Assembly (NCBI RefSeq): GCF_964355755.1
Contig: NC_092673.1
Location: 31,245,648 to 31,309,647 of the forward strand
DNA: 64,000 bases
Direction of reading: 5' to 3'
From: Antedon mediterranea
Taxonomy: Eukaryota > Animalia > Echinodermata
The notes below the pieces were generated by a model. It saw only the letters and a list, made by a program, of their open reading frames with translations, made no database searches and was not told where the DNA came from. A program made the position numbers and the translations under genes. Below are positions 41,181 to 54,215 of the stretch, one piece after another; position 1 is the first letter of the stretch; every line of letters starts with the position of its first letter.

Positions 41181-42569
41181 AGCTGTTGGATCCAAATTAA
41201 AGCTATTGGATCCAAATTAAAGCTATTGTACACCATTTTACTATAAACGAAATAGTTAGAAAGTTATAAACCCTGTTAAATGTTATGCACTTCCATTCCT
41301 TTCTTTTGCTTGTTATACCTCTGAAAATACACATAAAAAATTCATTGTATAGTATTAAAAAACATGATTTTTAAGGATTAGTGTTATCAATATACCTGAC
41401 TAGTATGTACTGTACATACAGTATACCTGACAACTATAACACTTCAAAGTGGCACAGTTACAAAGAACAGAAAACAGTACAAAATAACATAAAATCAATA
41501 ACAATATTAAGTTAAGAACAAGAAGAATTTGAAAAGCTGCTTTTATCATTGTAGGTTATTAAGGTAATGGTGCTAGATGGATGTGAGACACCCATATTTA
41601 AGGTCTTCCCCTTACAGTAGGCTAAAGCTCATTTAACAAAGCACTCATTTACAAAAACCTCTGGACACCTGTTTTAAGTTTTACACTTCACTAAACTTCT
41701 CTAAATACATACATCACTAGTCAGTTAGTTGTTTGGCTGTACTCAGCTGTTGCACTATTTTATTGTGATGTAAATTATAAAAACAATAATTAGAAAATCA
41801 TAAAAATACGTACTTCCATGTTTTAGGTGACTCACATTTTTTTCTTCCAATTTATTAAGTTCTGCATGCATGTGCTGAAATAAAAAAAAAACTAAAAACA
41901 ATGTTGTTGTATTCAGTACTTTTTTTATTGTTAATTACGACTATACCATTTGTTGAACGTCCCTCTTCAAAAGCAACACTTACATTAATGGACACACCTT
42001 TGTAGCATTTCAAATATTATATATTTTCTCCTGCTGAAAAATAATTTTTGAATAGGCCATTTTAATGTCACCTAATGTAGTTATTGACTTGAAAAAAAAA
42101 TATTTGATTGAAAAAAAAATTATTTGCCCGACAAATAAAACTGAAAACGGTATTCTGGATTAGATTTATACATCCTTATTTTGCATGTACTGGATGGGGG
42201 TATACATCTTTAAAACTACACAAAATAATAAAAATCATATTACTGAATCAATCGATGATACAGTATGCAATTTGCAGTATGAAATCAAAGAATTCCAATC
42301 TGAAAAATTGAGATATACAAAAAAAATTCATGGACAGATGCATTTTATGTTATTTCTAACACTTTTTTTTTAACAACGGAGACAATTTGAGGACATAATG
42401 TGATGAAAAGTTCATTCCATCGTACTACTTGGCCGGACAAACTGCACTCTGCATTGTTTTTTTTGTTATGTACGGTATGTCACTCATCTATTGCTCACCG
42501 GACTTATAGCTGATATTATTATTGAAAAAAATGCTGCCCTCTATCTTGTTCAAAAACAATAATGAATAT

Positions 42570-42960
42570 TTATTTATTCTTTCTTTATTCTGCAGGCACT
42601 TTCAGTACTAGTGCACTGATTTTCAAAGTGGTACAGTAATTGGAAATATCATAACAAACTTAATCAAGTAAAGATAAAGAGTAATCAAAATTATAAATAG
42701 AGAAAATATACATTTAAAATAGAAATCAATTTTAGAAAAGAAAACTCAAATGTTGCATATTGTATTTTGGAATGAAGTTATTGACATATTTTTTAAGTTA
42801 ATTTTTAATTCATTCGGAAGTTCATTCCAGCTTTTACATGAATGATAGTAAAACTTTTTTTTTATTCATACCTTTTTGCCTTGACAAATATTCCAGGTGG
42901 AGATAACTAAATCATTATTGCTTTGGCTTTGTGTGCCTTTAGACTGAAAGGGTGTGCTTA
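42570..42960 (-). mobile_element. Decayed CR1/L2-type LINE 3' fragment
   Basis: Minus strand reads FYYHSCKSWNELPNELK followed by a 3' UTR and an aataaagaaagaataaataaa tail. Confidence 0.6.
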
Positions 42961-43779
42961 TTATTAAATGTCAATAATAGTAATTTTAACCTAACCCTAA
43001 CCCATTCCAAAGTCTTAATATCAACAGAAAGCAAAATTCTATGTAGTCTATTCATGAGTACTTGTTATGTAAACAATTAGTATTTTGAACATTACAATTG
43101 GACCATACACAACAACAATAATAAAAAAGGGGAAATACAAGAGCATTAGCTAACATTGTAAGCGTATATGACGCTTCGCTTCGGTACTTGAATAGCTTCA
43201 GGTGCACTGCAGACATCAATAGAATAGGGAAATTAAATGGCTACCATAATAGTAAGAATAGTAGCGTCAATAAATGATAATAAATTTCATAAAAAAATAC
43301 AATTAATAATCATATTTTCATGTACAGCAGAAATTAAGTTCTGCAAAAAGTGTGCAAAAAGTGTGGGTAGCTGCAACTGCAGGGTCAAAAATATTGATTT
43401 AAAAACTCATTAACCCCCTACCAATAAGTAGAACAGTCCTCGGCATTATTGATTTAATACAAACATCCGATGCATGAAATCAGGGACAACTCCCTGATGA
43501 AATAATTCATGGCATCATAGCGTTCTTTCCATTTCAATGAACGCATTGTTAATAATATACAAGAAGGTTTCAACCATGAAAGCATACAAGCTATTTCACC
43601 ATTTACAAAAGTGAAACTTGTACATTTTCCTGAGAGTTTATACTAGGAAATACTAATAATAATAATAAAAATTTGTAATGCGCCAATTCCAGCAGTAAGT
43701 GATCAAAGGAGCGGTGTATGAGAGAGCTTAATCTGAAAGAAAAAAAGGAGTTTTCAAGGCGATTATATCCTTGCCGTAT

Positions 43780-46700
43780 ATGGGTAAAATGTGTAACATT
43801 ATCGGACGACTGTTTGGTTTGGTTGGTAAGTTTTTTTTTGTAATTAAATGTCATAGTCAATGTCTATTATTCTAACTATTATATATTAACAATTATATTT
43901 AAAGCATCTGTGCCTCGTCTGTTTTTAACCGCTTGCTACGACCTTGATAATATTTATTCATAATTTACTTAAGTTTGAATTTTTTGCCATGTTCACATTC
44001 AAAAATGTGTAACTATTTTTAAATAGTCTAATCCCTGCTCTAATTATTAGTATTCACAAACAATATTTGACTCATAGACTAAGTAAAGGTATGCATAAGC
44101 AGGTACAACATTCTAATACTAACTATTAATTTTGAAAACAAATAATGAAAATTTGCTTATAGATGTTATTGTGTCAAGCACGGAATACGGTACTAATGCA
44201 CATTCATATGTGGCATGACGTGGTGCAGGTTAGTGAAGTGACCTTTACATTAGCATTTCATCCTTATATTCAAGATGCAAGCTACAGATTAATTGAATGA
44301 ACGTTTACTTTAGAACAGTAAGTATTGTAAAACAAATAATAATAATAATAATAATAATTGTAGTTTTCATTGTAGTAATAACCAAGGCAATCCTAACAAC
44401 AGGATACTGAACTCCGGTAGATCAAAGGGTTTATCTGTGGCTGCATTCAGTTTAACAATATGCAAAATTAAATTTAGACACAAAACATCTTTGACTTAAA
44501 ATTACTTTTAAATCCGATCTATTGTGTCTATTTTGATGAAAACAATTTTAGAAATTAGATACCTATTAGAACTTTATATTCGTAAGAAAAATCATTCAAA
44601 TCGGGCTTTTAAAAGTACCAAAATAAATTAAATAAGAATAAAAACCATGAAACGTATGGTCACATACTGTATCCATTAATTTGATGCAAATTAACAGCTA
44701 TAACCACAACTACAGTAGTATGCATTTGTCGCAACCAATCATAAGAGCAAAGGACTGTTACAAGTTCCTATCTTGGCAAGGCAAGCTCAGGCAGGCTCAG
44801 TGTCTTATTGTTAGATTGCCTAATTGTTATAACAAAGTTTTCTTTATAGACGATCTTTAACATGCACAACTGTATAAAGCATAAAATGAAGAAAGCGCTT
44901 TATTATGCTAATATCTTGCTGAAACATGATGAGGTCAGCTATGAATCTAATATTAATTGCTTTTTTACTATAATCAATAGTGTACAATCTTAGTAAATTT
45001 AACATTTTTCAAAATTTACGACTGAATTTCTTTTTATAATGCAATTGTAAGACGATTTTATTAGCCCAAGGGCCATGATCAAAAACCATACAATAGGCTT
45101 ACATTACTTGTACCCACAAGTCCATTGACACAGTACACCACTTCTTATTAATATATTAAGAATTATGAGAATAAAAATAGGTGATATAAAGTAATCTGGA
45201 GATAGTTTTAGCAATAATTTTTGTACATTTCGTAATAAGCTCAGTAGCTTATTTATGTATTTTATAGGTCTGTGTTCCCTGTAAGTTAAACTGGTGAACT
45301 TTGAATTTACTTTTGGCTGGAAAAACTGTTAAAAGTAAAAAATAATGAATTCACCAAAAAAAAAAAATGCAATTACAAATTTCATATCAATTTGATTGAT
45401 TTCAAGTTGCTATACATACAGTAAATAATTGATGATGATTTATATAAATCTATTTATCATCATCAATATTTTATAAAATTTGTTATACTACAATAAGAAA
45501 GTCAGCATTAGACAAATTGGGCTTTTTAAATGTTAAAACTTCATCATCTACGAGTGCAGCATATCCTTGTAATAACCTAGTAATTTTACGTCACTTTTCA
45601 CTATTAATATCTATCGTGTGCAAACACCTACTTAAATGCACACCGATATATGTTTGACCTCAACAATTAAGGTTACAAACAATAGAGGGCGCAATTTTGA
45701 ACAACTTTATTTTCGTTTGCTCGCTCGACCGCTCTCCAAAATAAGCTTTAAAATGTGGTAAATAACTTTTTTTCGATACATTTTGTTATTGTAAATCATT
45801 GTTTCTAAACACATTAGAAGACAATGAATTTGTGAGTCTAAAAGTTATCCCTCGGGCTAAGTAACTTTCTAGGCTACAAAAACTATAGTACATGCCTGAC
45901 GAAGCATCAATATCCTCGGATGAACTCGCCTTTCCATGCCGTATGCAAACCACAGAACAGCAGCGGAAGTAAACCGAGTAATAGAGTAGGCCAGGCTCAT
46001 GTATTTAAGCTTTCCTCAGCTCATGATAAGTTTTTAGTCAATCCAGTAGTCACCTTTTACCTACTGGGACCTAAAACAATCTTTTCTAAATAGATAACCC
46101 ATCTTATTGTGCATGCCAATTAATTTTTTTTAGCTAGTCTGCCTAGTCTAGACATGATGTGCAGAGAAAGTTGTGTTTGATTTTTTTGTTGTTTAGTTTT
46201 GTAGGCCTAGCTGGTAAACATCAGTAACGTACGAACATCGTACACTAGCTATAGGCTAGTCTGACATTGTATAGTTGCTAAATTAATTGTCTTTCTGTTT
46301 TTGCCAGAATCTGTTGATACAAATTGGGGGAAACCCGGTATTTTCGCTGAAAAGTTAGGAGTCATCTATTTGTTTTTGCCTCACTATCGATCAAAAAATG
46401 GGGGAATTTAAAGAAGAAAAACTGAAATATCAATCTGTGCGCAACGTATGTTGGGATTTATATCGGGCCGCTTAAATTATTAGAATCAACTTATTTTTCA
46501 AATTTGTAACCGTTTAAAGATGAAAAAGTTACAGTACCTCAATATATATATTTTATATTTATTTAGTTTGTCACCTTAAATTAAATTTACTGTAAAAACG
46601 ATGAACATTTTTTGGGGATTTAATGTGGAGCATGCGCAAGTTGTACTAACTCGTACAGCAATTACGAGTTATCACAATATTTTAACAGTCTTTTTACCGA

Positions 46701-48133
46701 GATTTACATTTTCACCTTGTAATAACTTTCAACAACTTGTTACATTGAGAGAAATGTACATGTGAAATACAGTAGGTATAAGTGCTTTTACGAAGTATAC
46801 TTGGGTTTTATGAGAGAAATGACATGGAATCCTTGGGATGGATCTAACAATTTGTCCTCACATTTTGGTGCATTGTAGATTTTTTTTAAGTGACTAAAAA
46901 TGTCTTTATTTTTATATTTCAGCACCATACCAGACAATTCAAAAACAGGTAATTAGCAGGGTATACCTAAAGTAACAATTAGTAATTGATTATCAATGCC
47001 CATATTTCCCTAGATTCTCCCTTTTTTCTTAAAGAAAAATAAAATATTTTTAATACAAAAATATCTTCAATTATAGAAATAAACAGAATTGACAGAATAT
47101 AAGACATACAGTATTATAAATGTGTACAGTGCTAATATATAAATAATAAATAAAATTTACAGTTACAGAAAAGTAATATCAGGGAGGGAAAACATTTGAT
47201 TTATTAAATTTTAAATAAAGGATAGGAAGACAGTAAATATTGGTGAAGGTTTTCTAAAGGTTTTTTTTTTATGAAATCATTTTAATAAATGTTTTAATGT
47301 TAACTTTTCATGTTGATTTCTCATTGTAGCTTCCGTAAGATTCATCCTGACCAATGAAGATTTAACCTACAAAGCAGTTAATGTTGACCCCTCGACAAGT
47401 ATAGAAGAATGTCTATCCAAATATTTTTTTGTAAGTAGTTCTTTTTTGTGTTTGAATGTCATTTTAAATAGCTTTAATTTCAATAGCATTCAACTTCCAA
47501 CGTTTTTTTTAATGCTGTTCTTACAAAAACACAAACAGTTCACATGTTATCATTTCAGATTTAAGTTTTTAATTTTTTATGTGTCGTTAAATTTCATTAA
47601 AATGCATAAAACCAGATGATGTATTACAGTATACAGTGTTTCCTCAAAAATGGAAAATAAATCAATCATGTAGGGGCAGAGCGTAATTGCTCTGTTTGAT
47701 CTAGGAAAGTGTACAGTAGTGTCCTGTTGTTTGACTGACTTGATCCGACATACTAGATTAAACATATTTCAACCATTTTATGGTGATGGTGCACCCACCC
47801 AAAGCTCAACCAAATACATAACATACTGAACTGTATTTATACAAAACATGAAATTGTGAGTAGGATGGTAGGAAATCAATATAAACTAATATCAATTAGT
47901 TAGTTCCATCATACTGTAGATTATAAGGGTACCTATACCATACAAACCTTAAAAACAAACATTGAACCAACATAAAAGTAATTGAATCATGTAATGTACA
48001 ACTCGCAATGAAAGAATAATAATTTAACAATAATTTCTTTAAATGTGAAATACTGTAAGTGAGTAGTCATTACATTACATGATTCAATCACTTTTATGTT
48101 GGTTCAATGGCTTTCTAGTTTTTGTTTTGTTTG

Positions 48134-48166
<33 letters not shown>

Positions 48167-51100
48167 GGTTTGCTGTACCCTTTCATAGAGAAATAGGTTA
48201 ATATTCATTTCTTAATTGTATTATACTTTTAATACTCTTCTTTTTTGTTTCTATTTTATATTTAGACAAAAGACAAAATTTGTGTGGATACAAATGGACA
48301 AGTTAACATGAAGGACAAGGTCGGATATGGAAGGGTCTTGTATCTAAAAGAAAGAAAAAAGGGTAAACATTCTACTCATAATAAAACATTTTAAAATTAC
48401 ACAACTTATTACACAATGAATTACTGAATTCATTATTTGATAATATCAATAGTTATTAGAAATGTACCTGTTTCTAGAAATACAATATAATACTATAGAT
48501 GGACTACATACATTTATCAAGATTTTTTTTTAAACCATTTAACAAACAGTTCATATTGTACAACATATCATTAAAATCCACCCCATGGTATACAACTTTC
48601 TGAAAACTATGAGCCACAACATTTTTTCAAGGCATGGGGAGGGCTTGAGAAATTGAACAAAAGGTTCTTACCTTAATACTATTTTTTTTATGTTGGTCAC
48701 TTATACAGCTGGGATTGGGCTGTGGTGAAATAAAAAGTTTGTGCTGGTTTAAGAGTCTTTTGGTACTGTAAACTGAAGTTTTTGGGAATTTCCCATTATA
48801 GTAAAATCATATTACTCTGTTGCAGGTGTTAAAGATGTCCCTTCAGAGGAATTGCCAGACATATCTAGTAAGAGGTAGGTGTGCATCTTATTTTTTATGT
48901 TCACTTTTTGAAGACATTAATGCTGCATTGCCCCATCAAAATTTGCTAATTGTTGTTGTCACGATCTTTTTTTTCTTTTTTTTTTTCTTTATTCTTCTTT
49001 CTTTCCACGAATTTTGTTGGGAGCGTATCTCTAATTCTGGCCAACATAAGATTGTATAACTTTGTCATAAGATTGACCTATATCTGTAGATGTGCAAGAA
49101 ACTTTGTTTTTTGATTTTCGAGTTGCGCAGCGTAAGTTACGCGCAATTTTATGAATTTCAATGATTGATCATAGATTAAAAACCAAAAGTCATTTTCTAT
49201 TGAAACTTGGTGAAAATTTAAGTTATATCATGCGCAAACTTTCTATGGATTCAAAATGGCATGTTTTACATAAGTTACGCGGGCACGCGCGTTCAAAATT
49301 TCAAAATGCGCAAAATTCATTTCTAATCAACTTTCTACGCATTTCATGTCATTTTGAGCATTTCAAAAATTCCCACGCGTGCGCACGTAAGGCAAAAACA
49401 TGTTTTTTTTGCTTGATTTTTGTTTTTTCAGCCTTCTCTAGTAATTTTACCAACTTTCAAACAATTTCGACTTAAAATCACGTCATACGAGCACGTAAAA
49501 TTGAACAATTTGTGCGCATTTTTTTAAAAAAATTTAAAAAATGTGTCAAAATTATACCTTTTTTTGAACAGTCATAGATTCTAAACTACATGGTGAATTT
49601 TTTTTTTTTTTTATATATTCTGAAAGTAGATGAGTGGTAGATATAGAATCATGCATCGATTTGGCTAACCGGACATTGTGACGTCATCGTATGGCCACTC
49701 GAATATCAAATATAGGATTTTTGTCTCTTTCGTCATAGCTCATCACATTTAATAGAGCGCATCTCCACTTATCCGTATTCCATTTCCCTCAATTTTTTTA
49801 TTTTGTCTAGGTCAATCAATTATCTTTCGCATGATTTACCATTTTTAAAATTTTTATGACGTCATCATGTTCAAAAACGTCAATAACTTTGGTCACTTCT
49901 TTTCACCTATTCTGCACTGTATGTAGTACGTATACAGTATATAGTGTATACCGTATATACTTAGACGCGACGCAAAATAGAGGGCACACTAACATTTTTT
50001 TCAATGGCATAATCGTTTTTCTGCGCGCAATATTCTAACGTATGACGTGCACATGGCTTTTGCGCTGCGGATAACCTAACTCGTCCGTAGTGACGAGTTC
50101 AAATCTAGTTTAAATGCTTATTATAAACATGCAGGGAATCTCCCCATTTAGCGACATACTGTACAAAACCTTCATTATTTATTTTCCACTCTCCAAATGA
50201 ATTTAAACAGTTACCTTAACATAAATATATCGTATATATATATATATATATATATATATACGTGGATTTCTTCTTATTATCTTTCTAATCTAACCGTCCT
50301 AAGTAATGTTAATTGAATTAATCATTTTGCTTTTGGTCATCAAAACACTTGAATTGGAAGTCCAGTAACCTTTAACACATATACTGTAGAATTGTGTCAA
50401 ATCAAGTTTATTTCAGTAGAAAGAAAGTAGGCATACACTAGTCATAATACAAACTTTTTTTATATTCTAGAACCAATGTCACACCAGTCGCAAGCCAATT
50501 CAGAGTTCAAGCTACACCTGGTAAATCTGGCAATAACATTTTTATTTCTACAGTTCTAAATAACATTTATTCTTAATACAAACTTGTTGTATAGTGCATA
50601 CTCATAACTAATATTTGATAACCTGTTAAATTTATAATAGAAAAAGTTGAAAAATTAAATAATATTTGTTGTTGCATTGGTAGTGATTAAGTAATTAAAA
50701 TACAATAACTATAAATATATCATGCAGTATTTTATATCATTATAGACTGGCGAAAGATAAAATTACATCATGGTCCATTATTCTATGTAAAAGCAACACA
50801 ACACAGTGAAAAGACTGTAGAAGAATTAATAACTTTCACCACAGAGGTAAATGTACTGTATTTTGTTTTAAGTTTTCATATCTGTTTTTCACAAAGAATA
50901 GGAAGGTTTCAACTACTCATTTAACAGCTTATATATAACCAACTTAACACCAATTATTCTACATCAGTCAACATTTTAACTCCTACATCACATATAACCC
51001 GAGTTACATTGCTCGCTTCACTCGCGTACCATCTAGGTCGTGTCCACAGATGGTTCTCGAATACATAGTAATTTCAACAACTAGCGAATTCAAATGTACG

Positions 51101-52237
51101 AGCTTATTGTGCCTGTTACATACAACTTTATTTACGATATAATTACATCGGGAAAAAATGGCCCTGTTAATAGGGGTTGAATCAAGAATGTGTCCCCTAA
51201 ATAAGGGTTGACCGTAGTGTTAAAACATATACTGTATTGCCACTTGTTTCATCGGAAAGTGTCCCCTTCATACTGTATATTATTTCTCATACCTTGTGAA
51301 TTCATCATGTGCAAATTTATTGACAAGAACAAATTATGTTTAGCCTATAAACACAATGCAATGTCGTATTTTAACCTGAATATTGTAATTCATTCACAGA
51401 TAATTTAACACACAAAATTAATTTTTTGTGTATATTTGGAAATCCAGATGCATCCTCCTTTTATGAACTCAACCTTTTGTTTCTTACTACTGTATACACA
51501 TCAAATTCTGAATGTTAGATGCTCTTTATAATACTATTTTTAGTATTATTATTTCCATATATTGTTATGTTTATACCCATGGCACCATTATCTAAAACTT
51601 TTAAATCTTCCATTAGTAACAAATAATAAGTTTTTATTTGCAAAGGTTCTAACATATGTTCTTTTCTGAATAGCTTGATGCTAGAAAATACAAGCGTATC
51701 TTAGATGAAAACGGTGAAGAAGTTGAACCAACTTCATTGGTTGGAAATAGATGTTACTTTCTTGTTGTGCTAATAAAAGGTAACTGATGTAACACTAACA
51801 CCAACACTTAATAATACAAGGGTAACTCCGAATTTCATAGACAGAATATATTTTGAGAATTTGATGTTTCGATCTGTTTGATCATTTTCATGAATCTGAT
51901 GAGCTTGACAATAATATTTGAATTAACCAATGGGTACTGTAGCTGATATGTTATAGCCAACTATTACTGTATACTCACCCTTACTGGTCAATCCTTGCGA
52001 GTTATTTTGATAACGTGAGGGGTGGGGGTCACATGAAGAAGTGCTAGGCATGCATTATGTAATTCCTGTAATTAAAAATCAAATTAAAATTTTCATCACT
52101 TTTTGTCAGTAACAATTTAGCTATATTTATAGCACATATGTCTGATTAAATAGAGGGCAGAGAGTCAAACAATTGCTTAAAATGACTATATTCTGTTTTT
52201 AGGTACCGCTTGGAGGATGGACAGAGGAGACCAATAG
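43780..52237 (+). CDS. Uncharacterised 207-aa protein with two divergent ubiquitin-like/RBD-like modules (gene B)
   Basis: Exons 43780-43825, 45268-45280, 46923-46948, 47330-47430, 48266-48362, 48826-48874, 50471-50520, 50746-50846, 51674-51779, 52203-52237 total 624 nt, all GT-AG and phase-consistent. MGKMCNIIGRLFGLVGLCSLTIPDNSKTASVRFILTNEDLTYKAVNVDPSTSIEECLSKYFFTKDKICVDTNGQVNMKDKVGYGRVLYLKERKKG...VQATPDWRKIKLHHGPLFYVKATQHSEKTVEELITFTTELDARKYKRILDENGEEVEPTSLVGNRCYFLVVLIKGTAWRMDRGDQ*. The first three exons and the last are less certain. Confidence 0.65.
47925..48185. mobile_element. Hairpin MITE
   Basis: ttgaaccaacataaaagtaattgaatcatgtaatg is inverted as cattacatgattcaatcacttttatgttggttcaa; outer aagggtac/gtaccctt. 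Confidence 0.65.
48920..50110 (+). mobile_element. Non-autonomous Helitron/Helentron-like element
   Basis: 5' T/C-rich microsatellite; 3' hairpin aactcgtc-cgtagt-gacgagtt followed by CTAGTT; CpG-rich relative to the host intron. Confidence 0.6.
51005..51065 (-). mobile_element. Helitron 3'-end remnant related to 16757-16820
   Basis: gctcgcttcactcgcgtaccatctagg..cacagatggttctcgaatac matches the end of the intronic Helitron. Confidence 0.65.
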
Positions 52238-52356
52238 ATCTTCTGTATGCATTAAGTGAAAGGCATCTCTTCAATTCTGTGATATCATAACCTTCTCTCC
52301 TTTTCCAAAAGGCAACTTAACTTTCAACATACATTTTCATAATCTTCAGTTATTTA

Positions 52357-54215
52357 TAGTCAAGTCAAAATATGAAAATATAGGGCCTAACCCCAAAAAA
52401 ATTGCAAGAAAATGTTTTTTGATGTATTACAATAAAATATGATCTCAAAAAACATATATCAAATCAGACTACCGCAAAGGTTCAAAATTTGACGTTAAAA
52501 AAGATGGCCGCCAATTTTTAAAAATCGGTAACCGCTTGTAGTAGACAGCTGTATTTGGTGTCAAATTATTCAAAATATATATGTTTATATTTACACTTTT
52601 TGAACATTTTGTTCAAACATGACCGGAAATTCCAGTTTGTGACCTTTGACATATATGGCATGACATTTAATATATAAAAAAATGTTCATATCTACGTAAC
52701 TAAAAACCATAGAGCCTTGATATTGGTGTCAAAATGATCAGAACATACATATTTATATTTACTGTTTTTGAAAATGTTGTTGAAAAATAATCGAAAACAC
52801 AAGGTTTTCCATTTGAAACAATGTCTATACAGAGCCTGTAATATACATACAGGATCTGGAAGAATTGTGTGTGAAAATGGAATAAAGGAAAGGCAATGAA
52901 ATGGCAGTGAAAATAATCAAATACAAACAATGGCAAAGGAACTTGCTTGTGTAACTATACAGTTTAAAAATAATGTAAAAATCATAGATGCAAGAGAAAA
53001 AATATCACGATACACACCAAGAAATGTCAACAAATGAAGAATTAAAACCATCTATAGCACATTGGCCTCTGATGATATCATATCAATGAGTTAAAAGCTG
53101 AACAGTTACAGATTAAATCAAAGTAATTGGAAGCAATAACAAGGAAGAAGTGAAACAATGCAAACTAGCACGTTTACAAGGATTAAAGGAAGGAGGTTAA
53201 AGGGGGAGAAAGTTGTAAGAGCTGTGGTGCAATAATGAAAACAAAATAATTATAATGAAATTCTTCTTGAACATGCCTCAAATCTTGAGTAAGCAAACTT
53301 GAAGTAATGAAGAAGAAATGAAAAAACAGAGTGATGAAGACATAATAATTAAGAACATGGACATTACAATGATGAAATAGTTAAATTATGGATTGTTAAA
53401 CAACAACAACAAAGTTGACTACATGTGTTTCACAACTTTGATGCTTGGAGGCAGAGCCGTTACCAAAAATACACATGGATTAGTTGTCATCCTCGCAAGA
53501 ACTGCTTGACAAATCCAATTATACATTACAATTACATCTAGATTGAACGTCTGAAAAGGGAGAAAACTATGGCACAGTTGGAATTGTCACGATTAGAGCA
53601 TCTACCAAAAGTTATGGGAAACTGGGAACAATGATGGCAAATCAACAGATATATCAAATTTGAAAGTAATCATTCACTACAAACATTATACAGGCTCTGC
53701 TGAAGATAATTCGCGTAACATGCCTCATGTACATGTATGTGAAAATATTTATTTTATATGCTTAAGTATAAAAGGTCAAAACCTTATGTTTTCGGTTATT
53801 TTTGAACAAAATGTTTCAAAAGGGTAAATATAAATATGTATGTTCTGAACATTTTGACACCAATATCAAGACTCTGTGATTTGCAGTTATATAGATATAT
53901 AAACGTCATGCAATATATGTCAAAGGTCACAAAATGGAATTTACGGTCATGTTTGAACAAAATGTTCAAAAAGTGTAAATATAAACATATATATTTTGAA
54001 CAATTTGACACCAAATACAGCTGTCTACTACAAGCGGTTACCGATTTTCCAAAAATTGGCGGCCATCTTTTTTAACGTCAAATCTTGAACCTTTGCGGTA
54101 GTCCGATTTGGGTAAACTTTTGATATATATTTTTTGAGACCATATTTTATTATAATTCATCAAAAAACGTTTTTTTGCAATTTTTTTGGGGTAATAAAAC
54201 AGTTTGACTCGACTA
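52357..54215. mobile_element. Second long-TIR (~430 bp) non-autonomous DNA transposon, Academ-like
   Basis: Termini TAGTCAAGTCAAA / TTTGACTCGACTA; arms about 52357-52790 and 53790-54215 are reverse complements; decayed Cys-rich and acidic coding remnant inside; no clear TSD. Confidence 0.7.

Larger units (their letters stand above)
33659..41230 (+). repeat. Segmental duplication, block 1 (paralogous to 57392-62750)
   Basis: Collinear homology from gagccgttggggcg.gtgtgaagac.gtgaaacttttattggcgcgc through tctgttggatccaaa.taaag. Confidence 0.85.

Noticed and set aside
42897-42910. Terminal exon that would give gene A a ubiquitin-like RLNGG-DN* end
   Set aside because: The acceptor lies inside an antisense LINE remnant and is one of several candidates; unsupported without transcripts.
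42987-43003. Telomeric (TAACCC)n
   Set aside because: Only about three units, one imperfect; a short interstitial match.
46398-46445. Alternative first exon MGEFKEEKLKYQSVRN for gene B
   Set aside because: It ends in phase 0, which is incompatible with the next exons and leads to a stop; it could join in frame only by skipping to 48266.
52203-52259. VPLGG diglycine reading of the gene B last exon
   Set aside because: Needs a phase-0 junction, but the preceding exon ends in phase 1 like both homologous exons; it would require a 1-nt sequence error.
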